A DNA stretch of 33,478 bases, taken from the sequence record SRR20825006_1922. One strand, 5' to 3'. Positions 1 through 9,462 of the stretch are shown here, piece after piece (position 1 is the first letter of the stretch; each line of letters begins with the position of its first letter). Under the pieces are notes generated by a model. The model had not been told where the DNA came from. It searched no databases and saw only the letters and a list, made by a program, of their open reading frames with translations. The position numbers and the translations under genes are program-made.

Positions 1-1
1 C

Positions 2-901
2 GGTGGCGGCGATCCGATCCTGTACCAGCACATCCTGTGGTTCTTCGGTCACCCCGAAGTGTACATCGTGGTTCTGCCGGGCTTTGGTCTGGTCTCCCAC
101 ATCATCGCAACCTTCTCGAAGAAAGCCGTGTTTGGCTACCTTCCGATGGTTTGGGCGCTGATCGCGATTGGGGTTTTGGGCTTTGTTGTTTGGGCACACC
201 ACATGTACACGGTTGGTCTGTCGCTGACGCAGCAGTCCTACTTCATGATGGCCACCATGGTCATCGCGGTGCCGACAGGGGTGAAAATCTTCTCTTGGAT
301 CGCAACCATGTGGGGCGGCTCGATTGAGTTCAAAACACCGATGCTCTTTGCCTTCGGGTTCTTGATCCTCTTCACCATCGGCGGCGTGACCGGCATCGTC
401 CTGTCGCAGGCTGGCATCGACCGCGCCTACCATGACACCTACTACGTCGTGGCGCACTTCCACTACACCATGTCGATGGGAGCAGCATTCACCATCTTTG
501 CCGGGATTTACTTCTACATCGGCAAAATGTCCGGGCGTCAGTACCCGGAATGGGCCGGCAAGCTGCACTTCTGGATGTTCTTCATTGGCGTCAACCTGAC
601 CTTCTTCCCACAGCACTTCTTGGGTCGTCAGGGCATGCCGCGTCGTTACATCGACTACCCGGAAGCCTTCGCTTACTGGAACAAAATCTCGTCCTACGGC
701 GCGCTCTTGTCCTTCGCTTCCTTCCTGTTGTTCATCGGCATCGTATTCTACACCCTGCTGGCCGGTCGCCGCGTGACCCAGAACAACTACTGGAACGAAT
801 ACGCAGACACGCTTGAGTGGACCCTGCCCTGCCCGCCGCCGGAGCATACGTTTGAAACGCTCCCGAAGCAGGAAGACTGGGATCACCAGCATTCGCACTA
901 A
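2..901 (+). CDS. ctaD: Cytochrome c oxidase subunit I (aa3-type), 5' end outside window
   Basis: Frame is open from position 2: [45 protein letters not shown] heme-copper oxidase motifs. Confidence 0.98.
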   Translation, partial: GGGDPILYQHILWFFGHPEVYIVVLPGFGLVSHIIATFSKKAVFGYLPMVWALIAIGVLGFVVWAHHMYTVGLSLTQQSYFMMATMVIAVPTGVKIFSWIATMWGGSIEFKTPMLFAFGFLILFTIGGVTGIVLSQAGIDRAYHDTYYVVAHFHYTMSMGAAFTIFAGIYFYIGKMSGRQYPEWAGKLHFWMFFIGVNLTFFPQHFLGRQGMPRRYIDYPEAFAYWNKISSYGALLSFASFLLFIGIVFYTLLAGRRVTQNNYWNEYADTLEWTLPCPPPEHTFETLPKQEDWDHQHSH

Positions 902-925
902 GCGGATCTGACGGATCAAAATAAC

Positions 926-959
926 AAAGGCCCCACTTCTCCGGTGGGGCCTTTTCTTT
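926..959 (+). terminator. Intrinsic terminator after ctaD
   Basis: AAAGGCCCCAC-ttctccg-GTGGGGCCTTT followed by TCTTT. Confidence 0.85.
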
Positions 960-1076
960 GAGTATTTTATCGCAGTAAAGACCGCCGGGCAGAGACGGGC
1001 ACCACCTGCGCATCAGGGGGCTTTGCAGTCCTGTTGATGCCGCATAGACTTCCCAAAACACATATAAGAAACGCAC

Positions 1077-1625
1077 ATGCCCTACCAATGGACCCCGGAC
1101 CATCACCGCCTGCCGCAGCGGGCCACTTCGGATGACGCGCCTTTGGTGCGGCTCGATCTGTGGCCGCATCGCAGCCTCAAGGGCAAAGGCTTTTCCGCCA
1201 CCATTTGGCTGATGTTCTTCGGAGGGCTGATCCCGGTTGTGCCCTTTATCGGTACAATCGCGTTTTGGATTTTGCTGATCTTTATGATGACGGCTCTGGC
1301 GGCCCTTTGGCTGGCACTGAGGCGGTCAGATCGCGATCATCTGCGTGAAGAGCTTTTGATCTGGCCGGATCGCATCGCGCTGACCCATTGGCCCGCCAAG
1401 GGCAAAACGATGACCTGGGAGGCGAACCCCTATTGGGTGAAACTGTCGTTGCACCCGACGGAGGGGAAGGTCGAACAATACCTGACGCTGAAGGGCGGTG
1501 GCCCGGCACAGACGCGCGAAGTGGAACTTGGTGCATTTTTGACGCCCGAAGAACGCGCGCGCCTGCGCGATGATCTTGCGCTGGTTTTAGGGCAACTCAA
1601 GGACGGATCACGCGACACATCATAA
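1077..1625 (+). CDS. DUF2244-family membrane protein
   Basis: LWPHRSL, two hydrophobic helices, WEANPYWV and REVELGAFLTPEER motifs; typical position downstream of ctaD. Confidence 0.8.
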   Translation: MPYQWTPDHHRLPQRATSDDAPLVRLDLWPHRSLKGKGFSATIWLMFFGGLIPVVPFIGTIAFWILLIFMMTALAALWLALRRSDRDHLREELLIWPDRIALTHWPAKGKTMTWEANPYWVKLSLHPTEGKVEQYLTLKGGGPAQTREVELGAFLTPEERARLRDDLALVLGQLKDGSRDTS

Positions 1626-1634
1626 GCCAAACGA

Positions 1635-1662
1635 AAAAGGCCGCCCAAAAGAGCGGCCTTTT
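1635..1662. terminator. Bidirectional terminator between convergent genes
   Basis: AAAAGGCCGC-ccaaaaga-GCGGCCTTTT. Confidence 0.85.
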
Positions 1663-1682
1663 CAAAGACAGAGCCTCAGGGG

Positions 1683-2141
1683 TTACCCCAATTTGGCTTT
1701 GATCTGTGCACCCACCGCGCCAAAATCCATCTGGCCGGTGTATTTCGTTTTCAGAGCCCCCATCACCTTGCCCATGTCGCGGATACTCTCCGCGCTGGTC
1801 TCAGAAATGGCATCAGAGATGGCCTGAGCCACCTCACCCTCTGACAATTGACGCGGCAAAAACTCTTCGATCACAGTGATCTCGGAACGTTCTTTTTCCG
1901 CCAATTCAAGTCGCGCGCCTTCTTCAAACGCTTTCGCGCTCTCTTGGCGTTGCTTGACCATTTTGCCAAGAATACCAAGCACATCCGCGTCAGACACGCA
2001 TTCTTCTTTGCCCTCACCCCGAGCCGCGATTTCGCGATCCTTGATGGCCGCATTGATCAGGCGCAAGGTGGACAAGCGTTCGCTGTCCTTGTCTTTCATC
2101 GCCGTTTTCAATGCCGCATTGAGCCGGTTCCGCATATCCAT
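1683..2141 (-). CDS. yqeY: GatB/YqeY domain protein
   Basis: LKTAMKDKD..RLSTLRLINAAIK, KQRQESA, FLPRQLS, DMGKVMG; start moved to ATG at 2141, which has GAGG upstream. Confidence 0.9.
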   Translation of the reverse strand: MDMRNRLNAALKTAMKDKDSERLSTLRLINAAIKDREIAARGEGKEECVSDADVLGILGKMVKQRQESAKAFEEGARLELAEKERSEITVIEEFLPRQLSEGEVAQAISDAISETSAESIRDMGKVMGALKTKYTGQMDFGAVGAQIKAKLG

Positions 2142-2275
2142 ATGGGCCTCATCCCTCATGATGTCGCAAGTGGACAACATAGCGAAAGACGCATCCGTTC
2201 TCAACCGTTGATAATTTCCGTAACCCATTGAAAACGCTACGTTACATAAAGTGACTGAAAATCCATCACCCGACC

Positions 2276-2304
2276 TTGACGCCGCCTGTCCCTTTCCTTA
2301 GGTT
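2276..2304 (+). promoter_or_regulatory. Putative sigma70 promoter of carA
   Basis: TTGACG-N17-TAGGTT, 35 nt upstream of the carA ATG. Confidence 0.6.
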
Positions 2305-2339
2305 CCGGTGAATTTTGCCCACATCAGGAGAGTCGTGCC

Positions 2340-3503
2340 ATGGCATCCGCTCAGTCGTCCGAGAAACCAACCGCGTGTCTGGCTTTGGCCGATGGCACAC
2401 TCTTCTACGGTAAGGGGTTCGGGGCGACCGGAACCACCACCGCAGAGCTGTGTTTCAACACCGCCATGACGGGCTACCAAGAGATCATGACCGACCCGTC
2501 TTACGCCGGTCAGATCGTCACCTTCACCTTCCCGCATGTCGGCAACACCGGCGTCAACGCCGAGGATGACGAAACCGCCGACCCGGTTGCCGCGGGCATG
2601 ATCGTCAAATGGGACCCGACCGAGCCATCGAACTGGCGCGCTCAAGAGGAACTTGGTCCTTGGCTTGAAAAACGCGGTCGCATCGGCATGGGCGGGATCG
2701 ACACCCGCCGCCTGACCCGCGCCATCCGCCAACAAGGCGCGCCGCATGTTGCCTTTGCGCACGATCCCGCGGGCAATTTCGACATCGAAGCGCTGGTCAA
2801 ACAGGCTCGCGCCTTTTCTGGCCTCGTCGGGCTTGATCTGGCCAAAGACGTCACCTGCGCGCAGTCCTATCAATGGGACGAAATGCGGTGGGCGTGGCCG
2901 GATGGCTTTCCGAAACGGGAAGGTAAAGGCTTTAAGGTCGTGGCGATTGATTTCGGCGCGAAACGCAACATCCTGCGGTGCTTGGCCTCGGCGGGCTGCG
3001 ACGTCACCGTTCTGCCCGCTTCCGCCACTGCGGAAGAGGTCTTGGCCCATGCGCCCGACGGTGTGTTCCTGTCCAACGGCCCCGGCGATCCGGCGGCCAC
3101 GGGCGCCTACGCCGTGCCGATGATCAAAGGCGTTTTGGACGCCGATCTGCCGGTGTTTGGCATCTGTTTGGGCCACCAAATGTTGGCTCTGGCTCTGGGC
3201 GCCAAGACGATCAAAATGAACCACGGCCACCATGGTGCCAACCATCCGGTGAAGGATCTCGACACCGGTAAGGTTGAAATCACCTCGATGAACCATGGCT
3301 TTACGGTGGATGCGCAAAGCCTGCCCAAAGGCGTGAAAGAGACCCATGTGTCGCTGTTTGATGGCTCGAATTGTGGCATCGCGGTCGAGGACAAGCCGAT
3401 CTTTTCGGTGCAATATCACCCCGAAGCCAGCCCCGGCCCGATGGACAGCTACTATCTGTTTGAACGGTTTGCGGCAGCAATGGCGGCACGCGCTGGCGCC
3501 TGA
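2340..3503 (+). CDS. carA: Carbamoyl-phosphate synthase small subunit
   Basis: FNTAMTGYQE, LSNGPGDP, FGICLGHQ (catalytic Cys), QYHPEASPGP; AGGAG RBS. Confidence 0.98.
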   Translation: MASAQSSEKPTACLALADGTLFYGKGFGATGTTTAELCFNTAMTGYQEIMTDPSYAGQIVTFTFPHVGNTGVNAEDDETADPVAAGMIVKWDPTEPSNWRAQEELGPWLEKRGRIGMGGIDTRRLTRAIRQQGAPHVAFAHDPAGNFDIEALVKQARAFSGLVGLDLAKDVTCAQSYQWDEMRWAWPDGFPKREGKGFKVVAIDFGAKRNILRCLASAGCDVTVLPASATAEEVLAHAPDGVFLSNGPGDPAATGAYAVPMIKGVLDADLPVFGICLGHQMLALALGAKTIKMNHGHHGANHPVKDLDTGKVEITSMNHGFTVDAQSLPKGVKETHVSLFDGSNCGIAVEDKPIFSVQYHPEASPGPMDSYYLFERFAAAMAARAGA

Positions 3504-3524
3504 TCCAACCAGATTATGTCACGG

Positions 3525-3550
3525 AAAGGCGGGGTTCTCCCCGCCTTTTT
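3525..3550 (+). terminator. Intrinsic terminator after carA
   Basis: AAAGGCGGGG-ttct-CCCCGCCTTTTT. Confidence 0.9.
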
Positions 3551-3577
3551 GCGTTTATTTACCACATGTAAAGTCCT

Positions 3578-3596
3578 GGTTAACGCCTTATTAACC
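3578..3596. promoter_or_regulatory. CtrA-binding site (TTAA-N7-TTAAC), readable on both strands
   Basis: GGTTAA-CGCCTTA-TTAACC, about 80 nt upstream of the glycosyltransferase ATG. Confidence 0.75.
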
Positions 3597-3675
3597 TTGC
3601 CTGATCAAACTTGTCCGCAAAGGTCTGGGGGTAAACCCGAGCCATTGGGACAGTTGCGTCAGGATGAATATTTAG

Positions 3676-6225
3676 ATGTCCTTTGTCAGACATCCGCTTT
3701 TTTCAAACACAAAACTCCACACGGCGCCAGAGAATGCGACCGTGCCGGGATCTGACGCGCCCCGCCATGGTCCCCATAAACCCACACGCAGACCGATCGG
3801 ACAAATCCTTGTCGATATGGGGGCGGTCGATCCCGGCGATCTGATCCGCGCCGCCGCCATGCGCCAACGCGAAGATGCGCGCATCGGCGATATTCTTTTG
3901 GCGCATGGCATGGTCGAAGAAGCCACGCTCTACCGCGCCCTGGCCCAGCAACACCACGCCATCGTCGCAGATTTTGATAAAACCGCACCAGACGTGCGCC
4001 TGATTGATATTCTTGGGGCGGATGAATGTCTGCGCCGCGGGCTTTTGCCATGGCGTCAGGTCGGCGGAACGGTGATCATCGCCTCGTGCCGCCCCGAACA
4101 ATTCGAAGACCTGCGCCCGCGTCTGAGCGCGCTGTTTGGTCCGGTGCGGATGGCCGTGACCTCGGAAACCGCGATGCATGAGGCGCTGTTGCGTTCGCGC
4201 CAACGCAAACTTGCGCTCTGCGCCGAAACCCGCGTGGCGGCGCATGAAAGCTGTCGCGAAATGGACATCCGCAAACTGACGCGGATGGTGTCGTCTTTGG
4301 CGGTTTTGGGACTCATTCTGGCGCTTTTATCACCGATAAGCGCTGCGATCCTGTTGACCTCATGGGCGGTGTTGACCCTCGTCGTCTCCACCGGCCTCAA
4401 AATCGCTGCCGCTTTTGCTCAGGCCAGCACTGCGCGCACCCGGCAAAGCACGTTTAGCAGTCGCCGCACCAGAACCGCCCTGCCAACCGTGTCAATCATG
4501 TTGCCCCTGTTCAAAGAGCGCGAGGTCGCGACCCGGCTGATCAAACGGGTGTCGCGGCTGAGCTATCCACGCGAGCTTTTGGATATTTGCCTTGTGGTCG
4601 AAGAGGATGACACCGTCACCCAAGAGGCCATTGCCAGCACGGATTTGCCGCGTTGGATGCGGCAGATCATCGTGCCGCGCGGCGGGGTGAAAACCAAACC
4701 ACGGGCGATGAATTTTGCCCTCGATTTCTGTCGTGGCTCGATCATTGGCATCTATGACGCCGAGGACGCGCCCGAGCCAGAACAGATTCATAAGGTCGTC
4801 GCCCATTTCGCCCAAACCGGACCAGAGGTCGCCTGTGTTCAGGGCATTCTGGACTTTTACAACGCCCGCACCAATTGGTTGTCGCGCTGTTTCACCGTCG
4901 AATATGCGACATGGTTTCGGGTGATTTTGCCGGGCTATGAGCGTATGGGGCTGGCCGTCCCATTGGGCGGCACCACCTTGTTTTTCCGCCGCGAGGCAAT
5001 CGAGGAACTGGGCGGATGGGACGCGCATAACGTGACTGAGGATGCCGATTTGGGCATCCGCTTGGCGCGCCACGGCTACCGCACCGAATTGTTGCATACG
5101 GTGACAGAGGAAGAGGCCAATTGTCGCCTCTGGCCTTGGGTCAAACAGCGCTCCCGCTGGCTCAAAGGCTATGCGATGACCTATGCGATGCACATGCAAA
5201 ACCCGCGACAGCTCTGGCGTGACCTCGGTGCATGGCGGTTTTTCGGGGTTCAGGCGCTGTTTCTGGGCGCTTTGTCGCAATTTGTACTGGCACCGTTCCT
5301 GTGGTCGTTCTGGCTCTTCCCCTTGGGCCTGCCACATCCATTGCGCGGGATTTTACCCCATGATGTCTTGGTCGTTTTGGGCGCAACTTTCCTCTTGTCC
5401 GAAGTGGTGACGGTCGCTGTGGGCATGGTGGCGACCTCGACCTCGAAACACAAATGGCTTTGGCCCTGGGTGCCGACGCTGCATTTCTATTATCCACTGG
5501 CCACTTTGGCTGCGCTCAAAGGGCTGTGGGAGATGGTGACCAAGCCCTATTATTGGGACAAAACCGCCCATGGCGTGCATGATCTGGGCTTTCACGAAGA
5601 TGAGGCGGAGACCGCCGCAGCCCTCAGCCCGGTGTCCCCAATGCCCCATCCCGCGCCCTTGGTGCTTGGCCCGGCGCACCGCATCGCTGCGAGCGCATCG
5701 GGTGCAGCCACCCCGCAAAAATCCGCCAACCCGCTGATCCTCTATCCCGCTGCCAAACCCAGACAAAACAGCCAGGAGATCGGTGCAGATCGCGTCCGGG
5801 CCTTTGGGGAGGCTCCTAGAGCCTTTGTGTTTGAGCGCCTTGAACAGGATGCGTCGGGGTCAGTGCCCCGGCCGGGGCGGCGTCTGACCTTTGGGCTTGA
5901 TTTTGAGGGCACCTCCAACACCCCCGCGCTGCGGCGCGCGTTGGAGGCGGCGGCGGTGGCGTTTGACCCCGAACGTCTACGCCCGGCACCGAAGCCAGAC
6001 CCAAAGCCAGACTCCGAAACCGTGCGTCCAGATCACACCGAAACCGTCCTAGCCTTGCCGCATCAGATCAAAGACCCGACCCCGCGCATCCCGGTCAACT
6101 CAGCGGGCGCGCCCGAATGGGCGCATATGGCAGCCTTTGTTGAGGTGCCTGCGTTCCTTCCAACCACGCCCGCCATAGAGCCACGTCGTATGAGCGGAAC
6201 CTCTGGGGATCCGGAGGAGGCGTGA
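3676..6225 (+). CDS. Processive GT2 glycosyltransferase with N-terminal MshEN-like domain (NfrB-like) and low-complexity C-terminal tail
   Basis: IYDAED, VTEDADLG, QRSRW (QxxRW), YWDKTAHG; TM segments; RIGDILLAHGMVEEATLYRALAQQ; exact start uncertain. Confidence 0.88.
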   Translation: MSFVRHPLFSNTKLHTAPENATVPGSDAPRHGPHKPTRRPIGQILVDMGAVDPGDLIRAAAMRQREDARIGDILLAHGMVEEATLYRALAQQHHAIVADFDKTAPDVRLIDILGADECLRRGLLPWRQVGGTVIIASCRPEQFEDLRPRLSALFGPVRMAVTSETAMHEALLRSRQRKLALCAETRVAAHESCREMDIRKLTRMVSSLAVLGLILALLSPISAAILLTSWAVLTLVVSTGLKIAAAFAQASTARTRQSTFSSRRTRTALPTVSIMLPLFKEREVATRLIKRVSRLSYPRELLDICLVVEEDDTVTQEAIASTDLPRWMRQIIVPRGGVKTKPRAMNFALDFCRGSIIGIYDAEDAPEPEQIHKVVAHFAQTGPEVACVQGILDFYNARTNWLSRCFTVEYATWFRVILPGYERMGLAVPLGGTTLFFRREAIEELGGWDAHNVTEDADLGIRLARHGYRTELLHTVTEEEANCRLWPWVKQRSRWLKGYAMTYAMHMQNPRQLWRDLGAWRFFGVQALFLGALSQFVLAPFLWSFWLFPLGLPHPLRGILPHDVLVVLGATFLLSEVVTVAVGMVATSTSKHKWLWPWVPTLHFYYPLATLAALKGLWEMVTKPYYWDKTAHGVHDLGFHEDEAETAAALSPVSPMPHPAPLVLGPAHRIAASASGAATPQKSANPLILYPAAKPRQNSQEIGADRVRAFGEAPRAFVFERLEQDASGSVPRPGRRLTFGLDFEGTSNTPALRRALEAAAVAFDPERLRPAPKPDPKPDSETVRPDHTETVLALPHQIKDPTPRIPVNSAGAPEWAHMAAFVEVPAFLPTTPAIEPRRMSGTSGDPEEA

Positions 6226-6228
6226 GGG

Positions 6229-6876
6229 TTAACGCACCTTATCGGCGTCGATTTTCAAGCGGGTCACAAAGGCTTTGGAAATATGCTCAGACAGCGCCTT
6301 ATGCGCAGCGTCACCATCATGCGCTTCAATCGCGGAAACGATCTGATCATGTTCCTTGATCGCCTCCTCGCCCCGGCCTTCGGCGGCCAAAGACGTGGTG
6401 GCGAGCAGGGCCATGGAGCGGTGCACCAGATCAAGCTGTTGCACCAGATAACGGTTGTGCGAGGCAAGGTGGATTTGTTTGTGAAACCGGCGATTGGCCC
6501 GTGACATAGCGTCGGGTTTGCCGATCAAGCTGCGATCCTCTTCGACCATATCACGCAGCACCCGCACCTCTTCTGAGGTGGCATGGCGCGCCGCAAGACG
6601 GGCCGCAAGGCCCTCAAGTTCGGTGCGCACCACATAAAGATCCGCCATCTGATTGTGATCCAATGAGGCCACAATCAGTGAGCGCCCATCCCGCGTCAGC
6701 ATGGATTGGGTCTCCAACCGCTGCAACGCCTCACGAATCGGAGTGCGCGATACGCCAAAGCGGTCGGCCAACTCACTTTCAACAAGCCGGTCCCCCGGTC
6801 GATACACCCCGGTGTCGATGGCATCGAGGATCAGCCCATAAGCGTCCTTTTGCCCAGCGCGCGGATCTTTCATCAT
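6229..6876 (-). CDS. GntR (FadR/FCD) family transcriptional regulator
   Basis: PGDRLVESELADRFGVSRTPIREAL HTH; NRRFH, EHDQI and EHI FCD motifs. Confidence 0.93.
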   Translation of the reverse strand: MMKDPRAGQKDAYGLILDAIDTGVYRPGDRLVESELADRFGVSRTPIREALQRLETQSMLTRDGRSLIVASLDHNQMADLYVVRTELEGLAARLAARHATSEEVRVLRDMVEEDRSLIGKPDAMSRANRRFHKQIHLASHNRYLVQQLDLVHRSMALLATTSLAAEGRGEEAIKEHDQIVSAIEAHDGDAAHKALSEHISKAFVTRLKIDADKVR

Positions 6877-7054
6877 GTGCCTCTCAGGTCAACAGGGGGA
6901 GACCATAGACAGCCCTGCCCCCCACGATCAAGCGCTAACATCGCCGCAGGTCGGCCAATATCCGAACACACGCCGAAATATCCGCCGACCGCCATGCGCG
7001 TTCAAGACCACGTCTCACCTTGCGTTGCTATCGCTCATTGCCTAACAGGATGCC

Positions 7055-7708
7055 ATGGTAGCTGATCAATTTTCTCACGTGAACACATGGGTCTTTGACC
7101 TCGATAATACGCTTTATCCGCCAGAGGCCGCGCTTTTTGCCCAGATCGAGGTCAAAATGACCGATTGGGTGGCGCGCGAATTGGGCGTCAGTTTGGAGGC
7201 GGCCAATGCCTTGCGCAGCGCGTACTGGCGTGACTATGGCACCACCCTGTCGGGAATGATGGCCCAACATGGCACCGACCCGCTGCCTTATCTCACCTAT
7301 GTCCATGACATCGACTTTTCCGGTCTGCAGCGTGATGCCGAACTCAAAGCCGCGATCACCGCCCTGCCCGGTCGCAAAATCGTCTACACCAACGGCTCCG
7401 CCCCCTATGCAGATCGGGTGTTGGAGGCGCGCGGATTGACCGGGATTTTCAACGCCGTCTACGGCATAGAACACGCCAAATTTCATCCCAAACCTCTGGC
7501 CGAAGCCTTTGACACCGTGCTGACCCTCGATGGGGTCGCCCCCAACACGGCGGCGATGTTCGAAGACGACCCGCGCAACCTCAAAGTCCCGCACGATCTG
7601 GGGATGAAGACCGTCTATGTTGCCCCCACGCCGCTTGATCCGCCCGCACCCCATATTCACCACCACACCGACAATCTGCCGGCCTTTTTGCGTGCGCTCG
7701 TCGGCTGA
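7055..7708 (+). CDS. Pyrimidine 5'-nucleotidase (HAD superfamily)
   Basis: WVFDLDNTLY, YTNG, KP, MFEDDPRNL HAD motifs I-IV. Confidence 0.9.
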   Translation: MVADQFSHVNTWVFDLDNTLYPPEAALFAQIEVKMTDWVARELGVSLEAANALRSAYWRDYGTTLSGMMAQHGTDPLPYLTYVHDIDFSGLQRDAELKAAITALPGRKIVYTNGSAPYADRVLEARGLTGIFNAVYGIEHAKFHPKPLAEAFDTVLTLDGVAPNTAAMFEDDPRNLKVPHDLGMKTVYVAPTPLDPPAPHIHHHTDNLPAFLRALVG

Positions 7709-7861
7709 ATTCTCGCAAAGCGTCAAGAGATCCGTGTCAGGCATTGCCTGCGCCCATATGCCGCGCGGCATCCCGCCACCGTGACCTGATCTGCACTGCG
7801 CCCTATCTGACAGCTTCATTCAAAACGCAGCTGAACACAGCGCGCACCCCGGAGATCGCAC

Positions 7862-8077
7862 ATGTCTGACACCATCCTTGACCATTCTTCCGCCTCTCAC
7901 GAAGACGGCGTGGCCACGACCCGCGGCGTCGTATTGTTTTTGCTCTTCGTGCTCGTCGTGATCGCGGCAATTGTCTATGGCATGTTCGCCATCGGCCCAT
8001 GGGTGCTTGGCGTGGCCGCGCTGGCGACGGTTCCGGTGATCTATGTTGTGTTGATCTTGCTCACCACAGGCAAATAA
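7862..8077 (+). CDS. Small two-helix membrane protein, unknown function
   Basis: 71 aa, GGAGA RBS, two strongly hydrophobic segments, fills the intergenic gap. Confidence 0.7.
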   Translation: MSDTILDHSSASHEDGVATTRGVVLFLLFVLVVIAAIVYGMFAIGPWVLGVAALATVPVIYVVLILLTTGK

Positions 8078-8205
8078 GCGGCGAAATGAATCGTCCTCCT
8101 GCGCGGCGCATGAGTTTCCCCTGAGACAGCCTGTCCCTTGGACAATCCCCGCCTTTGCGCCTATCTCTTGGCTATGCCCATAGAGCGGGCGCAAAGGAGA
8201 TGATC

Positions 8206-9429
8206 ATGCCGACCCAATCCCCCTCGTTTCCACCCCGCGAAACCGTGGATGTTTTGGTCTCAGGCGGCGGCATCGCCGGGATGATCGCGGCGGCGGCCTT
8301 TGGCGCTTCCGGGTTCAAAACCCTGATGATCGACCCGACCCCGCCAATCACCAGCGGCACAGAGGACCGATCCGATCTGCGCTCCACCGCATTTTTACGC
8401 CCCGCGCGCGATCTCTTTGCCCGGATTGGCATTTGGGAGGCGCTTGCCCCTTACGCCACACCGCTTGAGGCGCTGCGCATCGTCGACACGTTAGGACAAC
8501 CGTCCGACATCCGCGCCGAGCGTCAGTTCGAAGGCCGCGAGACCGGCGATGAACCGTTTGGCTGGAATTTTCTCAACTGGGTGATCCGACGTGAGCTTTT
8601 GAAAGCGGTGCCCAACATCCCCAATGTCGACATGCGCTATGGCACCGGGTTTAAATCCATGCTCACCCGCACCAATGAGGCGATCGTCACCCTCACCGAT
8701 GGCACACAGGTGCGCGCCAAATTGGTCGTTGCCGCCGATGGCCGCAATTCCCCGGTGCGTGAGGCGGCGGGGATTGGCGTCAAAACCACGCGCTATGGCC
8801 AAAAGTCGCTGGCCTTCACCGCCACGCATGATCTGCCGCATCACAATGTTTCGACCGAAATTTACCGCGAAGGCGGCCCTTTCACCATGGTGCCCTTGCC
8901 AGACATTGATGGCAAACCTGCCTCGGCGATTGTCTGGATGAACAAGGGTCCCTATGCCACCGAGCTTTTGACCATGGAGCCTGAGGCGTTCAACGCCGTG
9001 ATGACCACCCGCTCGGCCGGGCTGTTTGGTCAACTGACCCTGGCCTCCGGGCGCGCGATCTTTCCGATCATCACCCAAGTGGCCGAGCGCCTGTCGGGCG
9101 AACGCGTCGCAGTCATCGCCGAGGCGGCGCATGTGCTGCCGCCGATTGGGGCGCAGGGGTTGAACACCTCGCTCAACGATCTGGGCGAACTTTTGGCACT
9201 GGCCGAGGCCCATCGCGCGGATTTGGGCGGACAGGTCATGTTGGACGCTTACGCCAAAACCCGCCACCGCGACATCACCGCGCGCGCCAAAGTGGTCGAT
9301 CTGTTCAATCGCGTCACCCGTTCGGAAAGTGACATCTTGCAAGCGCTGCGCCTGTTGGGCCTGAAAGCCGTGCATGACGTCAAACCGCTGCGTCACGGCG
9401 TGATGAAAGCGGGGCTTGGGCCAATTTAA
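8206..9429 (+). CDS. UbiH/UbiF/UbiL-family FAD-dependent ubiquinone biosynthesis hydroxylase
   Basis: VSGGGIAG, VAADGRNS, AEAAHVLPPIGAQGLN; AGGAG RBS 6 nt before ATG 8206. Confidence 0.9.
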   Translation: MPTQSPSFPPRETVDVLVSGGGIAGMIAAAAFGASGFKTLMIDPTPPITSGTEDRSDLRSTAFLRPARDLFARIGIWEALAPYATPLEALRIVDTLGQPSDIRAERQFEGRETGDEPFGWNFLNWVIRRELLKAVPNIPNVDMRYGTGFKSMLTRTNEAIVTLTDGTQVRAKLVVAADGRNSPVREAAGIGVKTTRYGQKSLAFTATHDLPHHNVSTEIYREGGPFTMVPLPDIDGKPASAIVWMNKGPYATELLTMEPEAFNAVMTTRSAGLFGQLTLASGRAIFPIITQVAERLSGERVAVIAEAAHVLPPIGAQGLNTSLNDLGELLALAEAHRADLGGQVMLDAYAKTRHRDITARAKVVDLFNRVTRSESDILQALRLLGLKAVHDVKPLRHGVMKAGLGPI

Positions 9430-9462
9430 CCCGCGCGCGCCTTTACCGTGATCCAAATACTC

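Noticed and set aside
2298-3419. Long antisense ORFs opposite carA (also opposite the hydroxylase, gatB, cobS, cobT, bamD and lpxC)
   Set aside because: They mirror well-supported genes and have no motifs; this is the expected shadow of GC-rich codon bias
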